A stretch of DNA of 64,000 nucleotides from Eledone cirrhosa (lineage: Eukaryota). The stretch's first letter is position 1. Each line of letters starts with the position of its first letter. The translations under genes and the position numbers were made by a program. The notes under the pieces are model-generated. The model had not been told where the DNA came from, did not search any database, and saw only the letters and a program-made list of their open reading frames with translations. Positions 27,060 through 38,449 of the stretch are shown here, piece by piece. The DNA is taken from contig OZ024741.1 of NCBI GenBank assembly GCA_964016885.1, positions 337,652,001 to 337,716,000 on the forward strand. The letters are read 5' to 3'.

Positions 27060-27673
27060 TTATGGGTCGATTTAATCGACTTCCCTCTCCCCCAAAATTG
27101 CTGACCTTGTGCCTAAAGTAGAAACAATTATTATTATTATAATTAGGGTGTTGGATTGGCAGAATCGATAGAGCGTTGGACAATATACTTTGTGACAGTT
27201 ATGGCCATTTACATTCTGAGTTCAAACTCAACTGATGTCAAATTTGCCTCTTATTCTTTCAGTGACGGTGAGGAAAGGTTGATAAAATAAAGTACCAATC
27301 AAGTACTGAGGTTGATTTAACTGGACTTTCTCTTCCCATAAATTGTTAGCTTTGTTCTTAAATTAGAAATCATTATTAAACTTTGCCTTTCATCCTTACG
27401 GGGTTGATAAAATAAAGTACCAGTAATGCACTGGTAATTGCTGGCCTTGTGCCAAAATGTAGAAACAATTATTATTATAATTATTAGGGCGGTGGATTGG
27501 CAATATCGGTAGAGGGTCGGACGCCATGCTTTGACGCATAGAGTTACGGCCCTTGCCATTCTGAGTTCAAATCCCGCCGAGGTTAACTTTGCCTTTAATC
27601 CTTACGGGGTCGATAAAATTAAGTACCAGTAATGCACAGGGTAATTGCTGGCATTGTGCCAAAAGTAGAAACA

Positions 27674-27700
<27 letters not shown>
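27060..27700 (+). mobile_element. Tandem cluster of Nin/Deu-like SINE copies and tails (full copy about 27486-27680)
   Basis: Repeated core and tail ttgctggccttgtgcc..gtagaaacaattatt. Confidence 0.85.
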
Positions 27701-27706
<6 letters not shown>

Positions 27707-28829
27707 TATTGTTGGCATTGTGCCTAAATCAGAAACCATTATATATATATATATATTGTTAAAAATCAGCATTGCATTGTAATTCTGTATCCACTCAATC
27801 TTTAGCTCATACTTGTGCCAATTATTTCATAATTAATCTGGTAAAATAAGGTGTTTAACTCCATAACAAAGAAAGCCACAGTTTACTTTCAGTGTGGAAA
27901 GGATAATGCATTTGTCACCTTTCCCCTAAAGCTAAAGAGATTAAAAAACACGATAGGTACAAGCTAGAAGTTAAGCCTTTTCATAAATTAATACATGTGC
28001 CTAGCATGTATAATGAATGAATTCCCATGTTTATATTTCAATATGAATGATTTTAGTTATTAGCAGGTACTAACCTCATAAACAGACAGGGGTACCCCAT
28101 TTACATATGTTCTAGTTTTGACATGATTTATATAACTGTTTATTTCTTCAAACACAAACCATTTGACAGAGTCTAATGTCAATTCTGAAGGCAGCAAATT
28201 GGCAGAGTCATTTGAATGTCGGATAGAATACTTTGCAGTATTTATTTCGGCTTTCTGCTTTCAGAATTCAAATCCTGCCAAAGTCAACTTTGCTTTTCAT
28301 CCATTCAAGGTCAATAAAAATGTACCAGTCAAGTGCTGGGGGATGGTTTTTCCTTTATATCTCTTTCTCTTTTCCATTCTCTTATTATCTATCCTTCTCT
28401 GGAAGAAATCCGCTGTATTCAGCCATGGCGAAGAGATGGGCTCTGCCAGGTTTAAAGAATGACCTAAAAATACTGAATGTCAATAGGGCACCCCTATGAC
28501 TCCCTCAGGAGTTATGGGATCATGCATGCATGCAATACAAATTCTAGGGAAAATATGACCAAGGTGGACCACATCTAACTTACATATGTTTTGACATGGT
28601 CTCTGCAGCTGTTTGTTCTTCTATACACAAACTATTTGATAGAGCCTAATACCAGTTATAGAACCATTGAACTTCTTAAGTTCAACATTTTTGGCAATAT
28701 TTGAAGTACTCACATGGTTACTGAGGTAGCTGTGATCGTGATCACAGCTTACAATACCCAGTTTATATAAATAAACATACTTGTATTATATATGTTTCCA
28801 ACTCACTAACAATTTTGTTAATCCACCAT

Positions 28830-29052
28830 CATAATGATTTCTAGTATAGGCATAAGGCCAGCAATTTGGAGAGAGGAAAAAGTCGATTAAATCGACCCCA
28901 GTGCATTACTGGTGCTTTATTTTAGTGACCCCGTAAAGATGGAAGGTGAAGCTAACCTCGGCAGGATTTGAAGTCAGAACGTAACGGGCCATAACTCTAT
29001 GTTGCTAAGTATGGTGTCCGACTCTCTACCGATACTGCCAATCTACCACCCT
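28830..29052 (-). mobile_element. Nin/Deu-like SINE
   Basis: Reverse complement of the SINE consensus. Confidence 0.85.
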
Positions 29053-29199
29053 GACAACTCATCATTATAATAATAAAGTACCAGTAATGCACTGGTTAAT
29101 TGCTGGCCTTGTGCCAAATGTAGAAACAATTATTATTATAATTATTTCTACTTTTGGCACAAGGCCAGCAATTATTTTCAGAATAATTGATTATGAATA

Positions 29200-30336
29200 A
29201 TTTTGAACCTCCAAATTTGTGGAAGAGACACGGAGTTCTTCTTGGAATCCGCGTCGGGAGGACAAATAAGGAAATTTCAGACTTTCTCAGCGTCAGCAGA
29301 AGAATGGTGGAAAAGGTCAGAAAGGAATTGGAAGATTCAGGATTCGACTACGAAGCAACATCATAGAGAAAAACACATGATCGACGATCTGACGTCTTCA
29401 GAACACCCGAGTTCGTCGCTGAAGTTCAGGGTATCATCAACAATGAACCTAGCAAGTCGATGCGTGCCATTGCAAGGTAGAAAGGCATAGATGAAAAGCT
29501 CATTAGGCTGGTGGTACATGAAGACATTCGCTATGTTTCATACAAGATGAGAAAAGGACAATTTCTGTCAAAGACGATGCAAGAAAAGCGACTGAAGCAT
29601 GTAAAGAAGCTGATCAACAAGTTGAAACACCCACTGGAGCCAGACATGCTGTGGTTTTTCTCCAATCTCCAACGAGAAAAACTTCTGCCAAGACCAGAAG
29701 ATCAACTCCCAGAACAACAGGTGGCTCGCTGTCTCATCCAAAGACGTGCCCAGAGTCATGCAGACAAAGTTTCCAGCGACAACATTGGTCTTAGGTGTCG
29801 TCATGCCACCTCACTTTCTTCCCTGAGGGCCTCAAGCTGAACACCGATGGCTACATCCGCGTTCTGAGTGAGATAGTAAAGCCCTGGATCGACCAGGTAG
29901 CTGCAGGTAAGCCGTATGTGTGGCAGCAAGACTCAGCGCCCTGCCATACCAGCCGAAAGACCCAAGCCTGGCTGTCAGAGAACTTCGTCGACCACACTTC
30001 ATCTGACATCTGGCCTCCCAGCTCGCCTGACTGCAACCCCCCCCCCCCCCTGACTTCTTTGTGTGGGGTGCAGTGGAACAAGATACCAACAGATCTAGCT
30101 GCAATACGAAAGACGATCTGAAGACGATTTAGGGGCCTAAGTCAGAGGACAGTGACGAAGGCCTATAGCTGGTTCCGAGGCCGTCATCAAAGCCAATGGT
30201 GGGTTTATTGAGTGGGATCGAAAGAACAAGTGATGAAGACAAACTGACCTAAGTTTGATAAATATATCTTAAAAAATAAAACTATTGTGTTATTTTTTCC
30301 TAGACAGTAATCTTGCGAACAAATATCGTCCGCACC

Positions 30337-30339
<3 letters not shown>
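29200..30339 (+). mobile_element. Tc1/mariner-superfamily DD37D (maT-type) transposon, disrupted, left TIR not seen
   Basis: WFFS(D)EKNF, QQDSAPCH..WPPSSPDCNP; 37-residue spacing after correcting the poly-C frameshift; ends cgtccgcaccctg-TA. Confidence 0.87.
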
Positions 30340-30399
<60 letters not shown>

Positions 30400-31696
30400 T
30401 AAAACATGAGAAGAAAGAAGAATACTGCGTGGTTTGCACATGGGTTACATATGATAAAAATAGTCCTTCGTCAGTGATTTTCCAACCATCATTGGTATTT
30501 CATCGCATTAAAAATCAGATACCTCAAGTTGGTGCGAGCAATAACTAAAAAAAGTTATTGGGACCAGAATTCGCGTAAGGCGAGGGGGACAAGTAAACAA
30601 CATAGAAGGATAAAAGCAAACCGAAGATAGGAAAATAAACAAGCAACATGGTTGTCCGGTCAGCATAAACTGGGTGGATTTCATGAGCGAGAGAGGTACA
30701 GACCGTGTTGATGTGTGTGAGATGTGAGCAAGAAGAGACCCACACAAGCCAAACGGGAGGAAGTGAGAAGGGAAGAAACAGAGAGTGAGTGAGTGGAAGT
30801 GTGAGGAAGAGGTCAGTCGAGAGAAAGTGTAACTGACAGAGGGGGCGAAAGAAGGTGAGAGAAACAGAGAGAGCGGGGAAGCAGTAAGAGAGAAACAGAC
30901 ATAAAAAACTGGTTCAGCAAATATTTACTAAAATAACAGATTAAAGTTTAATCAAAGAATCACTGCTTTCACCCTTAACAGGATCTTAAGGGTGAAAGCA
31001 GTGATTCTTTGCTTAAATATAATAAATAAATATATATATATAAATAAGAGGAAAGCACGAATGGGGGTTAGTTTCCCTTCATCAGCTGTCTTCTGGAGAT
31101 CATGGACATTTCTACGCATTAAAGAGAAGATATCTAGCTCCAGTGCATCAATAACTAAAGGAAGTTATTATGGAAAAATTCTGTGACCTGTTCTCTCTTT
31201 CTCCCTATCTACTTTCTCGCTATCAACTCTTCCCCCCTCTTTCTTTCTCTCCCTTTCTCCCTCTCTCTCTGCTAGCTGCCCCGTTACTTCTGCGGTTTTT
31301 CTCAACTCTGCCTCTTTGTTTTTCTACTCTCATGGAGGTCAGACCTGTTTTTTTTTTCACTCTCTGTTTTACCGTCTACTCAGCCTCGGTCTCAAGTCCA
31401 GTAGCTGTTGTTGACAGCCTTTCTTTCTCTTCCATTGCTACTACACGTGCTTCTCGTGTTTCTCTCTTCAGTATGTTTTTTCCCGATTTCTTTCCGATTT
31501 TTCTTTGGTTTTTTTTCTTTCTTTTTTTCCCTTCTGTTATATTTTTTTTCCTCTCTCTCAATTTTTCCCTAATAACTTCCTTAGCTATTAACGTACTGGA
31601 GTTAGACATATTGTCTTTAATGCGTAGAAATGTCCATGATCTCCAGAACAACGCAACAACACAGCCCCTGTTCTTTCACAAATTTATATACATACA

Positions 31697-31963
31697 TCAT
31701 CATCATCACCGTTTTACGTCCGTTCTTCCACGCTAGCATTGGTTAGACGGGTTGTCCTGTTGTGGGCAGTGTTCGGTCGGCTGACCATGCTTTGCTCATA
31801 TGGGAACTGATTCTGGCTTGATTTCTACAGCTGGATGCCCTTCCTAACACCAGCCTGATTCACAGTGAGTGCTGGGTGCTTTTTTTCCGTGGCGCCTACA
31901 CGACCACTTCACAGTGTGGGCTGGGTGCTTTTTTGCCGTGGCGCCTCCACGACCACTTTGCAG
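31697..31963 (-). mobile_element. RTE 3' UTR-only insertion
   Basis: Matches RTE 3' UTR and (ATG)n tail. Confidence 0.9.
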
Positions 31964-32102
<139 letters not shown>

Positions 32103-32285
32103 AGGGAGAGAAAGTGAAAAAATCCCAACCACAGCACTAAGCCAAAACTGCTTGGTGCTGCAGTCGGGATTTTACATATCTCTATACCCACTCTGCATCT
32201 CTCCATGCATTGAGTACTCCCATGATTAGTCGTCTCAGCATCGCAGAGTCTTTCTCTCTCTCTATATATATATATATATCATCAG

Positions 32286-32626
32286 GCACATGGCTTAGTG
32301 GTTAGAGCATTGGCCTTGCAATCGAAGGGTTGTGAGTTCAATTCTCAGACCGGGTGATGTGTTGTTTCCTTGAGCAAGACACTTTATTTCACATTGCTCC
32401 AGTTTACTTAGCTGTAGAAATGAGATGATAGGGACTGCAGTCCCTATCATTCCACTACAAAGTGGTCGTGCAGGTGCCACGGCAAAAAAGCACCCAGCAC
32501 TCACTGTAAATGAGGTTGGTGTTAGGAAGGGCATCCAGCTGTAGAAATCAAGCCAGAATCAGTTCCCGTCCCACCCTTGCAAGCAGGGAAAAGCGCACGT
32601 AAAATGATGAGGATGATGATGATGAT
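32286..32626 (+). mobile_element. Full-length tRNA-derived Meta-type SINE with RTE 3' tail
   Basis: A-box tggcttagtgg, B-box gagttcaattct, ccttgagcaagacacttt core, palindrome atgatagggactgcagtccctatcat, RTE tail, (ATG)n. Confidence 0.88.
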
Positions 32627-32930
32627 TCATGATGATTTCATACAAATGAAACAGTACTAGTCCTGTATAAGTCTTTTCTATATAAACTTCAGTCTTCACT
32701 CTACACATGTATTGAGTACCTTATTTACTGTGGTTACCCCGACTCAACTCGAGACCTACTTATATATATATATACACCCCATGCACCACTACACTATGCC
32801 CTCTCCGATCATATACCCCTATCACTTTTTTATAACTTTTTTAACCTTTATTTTCCACTTCATGTTTTATTTTTATCCCATTTTTCTCGCTAACTCCCCC
32901 CTCACTCCTTCTCAGAGTTCCTCCCCCCAC

Positions 32931-32966
32931 TCTCCTGATGAAGAGCTTATGCCTGAAACGTCGCAA
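32931..32966 (+). ncRNA. Minimal hammerhead motif, stem I decayed
   Basis: CTGATGA-AGAGC ttat GCCT-GAAACGTC. Confidence 0.6.
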
Positions 32967-33049
32967 CCACATCCCCCACTCTCATTAAGCATGACACTAA
33001 TAATATTTGTAACATTTACTCCTGCGTTTGTCTGTTTTTTATATATATA

Positions 33050-34557
33050 TCATCATCATCATCATCATCACCGTTTTACGTCCGTTCTTCCACGCTAGCA
33101 TGGGTTAGACGGGTTGTCCTGTTGTGGGCAGTGTCTGGTCGGCTGACCATGCCTTGCTCATACAGGAACTGATCTGGCTTGATTTCTACAGCTGGATGCC
33201 CTTCCTAACACCAACCTCATTTACAGTGAGTGCTGGGTGCTTTTTCGTGGCGCCTACACGTCCACTTTACAGTGTGGGCTGGGTGCTTTTTTGCCGTGGC
33301 ACCTCCACGACCACCTTGCGGTGGGGGGGGGGGGCATATTGTTTATATGCTTCAGCATGTACCCATGGGAGGTCGGGTACCCTGTATTACTGCGTGACGC
33401 CAGAAGTCACGGTCGTGTGTCATTGACTTTGAGAGGTGTAGTTGGGTAAGGTCGGCTTTTATCACCTCATCCCAAGTCATCTTGGGTCTCCCCACTCCGC
33501 GGTTTCCATCAACTTCTAGTGCTCTGCACCTTTTTATGCAGCTGTCATCCTTCATACGCATCACATGTCCATACCAGCGTAACCGCCTCTCCTGCACGCA
33601 GCATTTGATTCCTCTTATGCTCAGTCTCTCTCTCAATTCATTTATGCTTTGTCGTTCACGTATATTACTGTTACACATCCATCGGAGCATGCAGGCTTCG
33701 TTTCTCTCTAATCTACGTAAGTCTTCCACCTTCAGCGCCCAGGTCTCACTACCATGCAACATCGCTGTTCGGATACACGCATCATACAGTCTGCCTTTCA
33801 TTCTGAGGGAGAAGCCTTTTGCAGCTAGCAGTGGTAGTAGTTCCCTAAACTTCTTCCATCCCGTTCTTACCCTAGTTATTGTACTTTCTGAGCACCCACC
33901 TCCGTTGCTAATTCGGTCACCTAGGTAGCAGAAGCTGTCTACTGTTTCTACAGGGCCCTCCCAGAGATTGGTGGTACTTGTTTCCTGTGGCTGTTTGCTT
34001 GCTGTTTCAGCACAGCTGCTGCATGTGAATCCTACATTCTTAATTAAGCTTCCTGAGATCCCGCTACATCTCTTGTGTACCCATTGTTTGCATTTGGGGC
34101 AAAGAATGGAGTTCCTACCTACACCTTTCCTACATACTGAGCAAGGCCATTTCCCTGAGGGGATCTGGGTTCTGTTTTCTCGTCTACTTATAAGGACCTT
34201 AGTCTTTGTCATGTTGACTTTGAGGCCCTTTCTCTCTAGTCCCTGCTTCCAGGTTTGGAATTTATTCTCTAGTTCTACCATAGATTCAGCTATGAGTGCG
34301 AGGTCATCAGCATACAGGAGTTCCCATGGGCATCCGGTCTTAAACTCCTCCGTTATTGCCTGCAGGACTATGATGAACAGGAGAGGGCTAAGAACAGAGC
34401 CCTGGTGGACCCCAACCTGTACGCTAAATTCCTCGCTATACTCATTGCCAATCCTAACTTTGCTGACTGCTCCCCTATACATGGCTTGTACCGCTTTCAC
34501 AAGCCATTCATCTACTCCTAGTTTTCTAAGAGCCCACCAGATTACTGCACGTGGAAT
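33050..34557 (-). mobile_element. Young RTE LINE 3' half with intact frame
   Basis: 382-aa ORF: GVHQGSVLSP, YADD, PHD-like finger, LHGSETW, RRLRWYGHV. Confidence 0.96.
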
Positions 34558-34588
34558 TTTTTATGTTATATATATATATATATATATA

Positions 34589-34919
34589 ATTCAATGATAT
34601 TAAATAAATGGAAACTATATTTATAAAACCATATTTATTCTATTATATATATTTCAAGGGTACCAAAATTTTGGTATGCTATCATCAGATAAAATACAAA
34701 ATCTTTTATAAATATTTGACATGACCAAAGATAAAGTGACTTTCCATGGATAACATGAACCGTTAAGGTATATTATCTTTGGTCATGTCAAATATTTATA
34801 AAACATTTTGTATTTTATCTGATGATAGCGTACCAAAATTTTTGGTACCCTTGAAATATATATGATAGAATAAATATGGTTTTATAAATATAGTTTCCAT
34901 TTATTTAATATCATTGAAT
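34589..34919. repeat. Inverted repeat (about 146-bp arms, 38-bp spacer) with a hammerhead in each arm
   Basis: Arms 34589-34734 and 34773-34919; motifs at 34639-34693 (-) and 34814-34869 (+). Confidence 0.92.
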
Positions 34920-35478
34920 ATTTACTCCAGAAATCTGTCAAGTGCTCTGAATCAGTTATAAACATCTATATTTGTTGATTTCCAACAAATTAAATATCTC
35001 TTCTACATATATAATATATACATATATATATATATATCTCCCTTGTCGAATTCCATGTGCGTATTTCGCTTGTAGTTAGCCTCTTATCCGCTAGGAAAAA
35101 GCTCGTTGATGAAGTAAACTCCATTCCGCTTGCTCTAGTAGTCTTATATATTTATATGTGAGCTGATAGAGTACAGTCTAAGGATTTACAGAAACCCAAG
35201 AAGCTAGATTTAACACCTTTCTAGTGGGTCCGGGTATGATTTTACATTCATTTAAATTATTGATGTATTGTTTTATTGATATTTTTTATCTGTTTGTCCC
35301 GAATCTTCTATTATCGATTTTTTATCGTATGGTTGATTTTAGACTTGTTCTATGTGTGACGGTATTTTAACGATAGTTATAGCTCTGATTCATCTGAATT
35401 ATTGAGCCCTCTGCCGCTCATTTCGAATATTGTTTATCGTGAACTCGTGCGCCGATTTTTCGATACTCGATCTTTCTA

Positions 35479-35516
<38 letters not shown>

Positions 35517-35517
35517 G

Positions 35518-35583
<66 letters not shown>

Positions 35584-35944
35584 GTCAAAGGCATGACATC
35601 TTCTCCTGTGCACACAGTAGAACATGGGACTATACATAAGCAAGATGCAGATCCTTAGCCTGTCTGGAAGATCAGTAGCCCTGTTTCAGTACTGGCTTAG
35701 TCAAACTTTGCTAGCAGGAAAAGTGGATGTTAAATTATGATGATGATGATGATGATGATTGACAGAATGATGACAGCATCAGATAAATACTTGACAGCAT
35801 TTGTTCCAGATCTTTATGTTCTGAGGCCAAGATTGGTAAAATGTCTTTCCTTTCTCCACAAAAACTGATGCCCTTTTGCCAAAATTAGAAAGAATTATAT
35901 TTATACTTTAAAAAAAAGTAACATAATAGGGGGTTATAACAAGG

Positions 35945-36185
35945 GTCAGATTTAAACCTGGAACAGGGTGGGGGACTGGGACACTTCAAATCCAATAGGC
36001 CCTTCATACACCACAATTTAGACATGAGATGGGGTCTGAGACACTTTAGGCTTAATAGGACCTTTATACACAACAATTCAGACCTTGGGATAGAGGTGGA
36101 TCTGGGATGCATCAGGTTTATAGGCCCTCCAAACATAACAATTTAGACCTGGGGACAGTTCAGATTTAGTAGGCCCTTCATACAC
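35945..36185. repeat. Diverged minisatellite, about 65-bp unit, 3-4 copies
   Basis: atttagacctggg..taataggcccttcatacacaaca repeated. Confidence 0.8.
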
Positions 36186-36510
36186 AAAAAAAAACATTAA
36201 AAAATCATAAATAACATAAAAAAATCCCTTCAGTCACAAATCACCATGGGATTTGTTGTTTGTGGAAGACCGGCAATGACCCATATTCGTTTCCCCTCTC
36301 CATACCATGTTAAGACTCTCTTCCGGCTATTTCAAGTGTTAAACTAATATATTTCTTCTATGTACTGTGCTGTTTGTTTTGTTATTTTTGTTATTACGTT
36401 TACATATATATATATATATATATACATATATATATACATATATATATAGAGAGAGATATAGATATATATAAATAAATATACACGGGTGTGTATGATTGTG
36501 TATAGAAGAT

Positions 36511-36720
36511 TATATTAATAAAAGGAATTCCAACTTTGTCTGATTTACTCGTTTTATTTACAATCCTTTAAAATTTATAATGGTATTAGAATGAAATAGT
36601 ATGGTAGATTAAAACTTAACATTTAATAATCTACCATACTATTTCATTCTAATACCATTATAAATTTTAAAGGATTGTAAATAAAACGAGTAAATCAGAC
36701 AAAGTTGGAATTCCTTTTAT

Positions 36721-36727
<7 letters not shown>
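36511..36727. repeat. Perfect inverted repeat, about 101-bp arms, 15-nt loop
   Basis: Direct reading; adjacent to (TA)n. Confidence 0.95.
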
Positions 36728-36758
<31 letters not shown>

Positions 36759-36857
36759 ATTTATATATAGGAAAAGAGTTAGGACCCCACTCTACCCTAA
36801 GTATCAAGTACTCTGGTGCGTTATGGTCCACCTGGTTCCTTACCACACTTTCTTTGT

Positions 36858-36893
<36 letters not shown>

Positions 36894-36951
36894 TAAATAT
36901 ATATGTAAATATCCATATATAAATATATATATATATATAAATGTAAGTATG

Positions 36952-37074
<123 letters not shown>

Positions 37075-37978
37075 ATATATATATACATATTTGTATGCAT
37101 ATATACATACACAGACAGACAGACAGATACACACACACACACACACATATGTTTGCTGTGTATCAGTGTGCCTCCTATGCTGCCATTTAGAATATGGTTT
37201 TTATCCATTAGTGTTCCTTAAAATTGTGCCTTTCAGATATTACTTTCCACTTTCCATGTTTTTCTTTTGCCTGCTTTCCCTCACTCAATCTCTGTCTCCC
37301 TCTCCTTCACTATCTCTCTCCTCCCTCTCTCTCTCTCTGTTTCTTACTCACTCTCACTCTCTCTCTCTATATATATATATTTATATATCCTCCTCTTATG
37401 TTTCTGTCATTCACTCCATCCTTCTGTCTCCAAGCATGTAAATAAGATACCATGTGCACATTTACACACATACATGCACACACACATACATGCACACACA
37501 CACACATATGCACATACACACTCATACGTTCCCAGACACACACACCCATTCACTTACAGACACGTTCACACACAGATATATGCATGAACACAAAGTCTCC
37601 CACTCACACACACACACACACACACTCACACACGTGCATTCATACACATACACAAATTAATACACATGCTACACAATATGATATGGTAATGAGAAATCCC
37701 CTACATGATCGCTCAACCTACTAGAAATAGCAGCAAAATCTCCTTTAAATCACATCCTAGCATCTTAAACACAAGAAAGACATTGAAAATATGAGCCTTT
37801 AGATGCAACATACATGAAAATAAGGTTTTGATGGCCATGGCTGGAATGCTTTTTATCATAGATTTGCAGGATTATGTTTGACCTAGGGCTAAAATACATC
37901 ACAGATACACATGCACAGATACACACACACACACATATATATATATATACATATATATGTATGTAGATATATAAATAT

Positions 37979-38032
<54 letters not shown>

Positions 38033-38129
38033 TTTAATATTAATAACTCTGGAAAATATCCACTGTTGAGTGCTTTCAATCTACTGTAAAACTCATTCTT
38101 TGATGTACTCATTGAATCTTGTTTAACTC

Positions 38130-38184
<55 letters not shown>

Positions 38185-38449
38185 CACCACACAGACATAC
38201 AGACTTGTACACAGATATATATATATATATATGAACAAAGAACGAGGACATTTATTTCTCTAAACTTTTTCCTTTGTCAGAAAAGAGTTAGACAAACTTG
38301 TTAAGATTTCCAATTAGTTTTGTAATTAATTAATTCCATATAGTAAGTCTAATTAAATATTTCTTTTTTTGTTGTCTTTGGGATTTTTTATTTATATTTA
38401 TGAATGTGCAATCAATACTTTATATACATATACATTATATATATATATA

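Noticed and set aside
32286-32360. tRNA gene
   Set aside because: tRNA-derived SINE head continuing into SINE core and LINE tail; no complete acceptor stem.
35040-35480. Unique-looking segment between (TA)n tracts
   Set aside because: Probably another mobile fragment, but I found no motif, second copy or structure to support a call.
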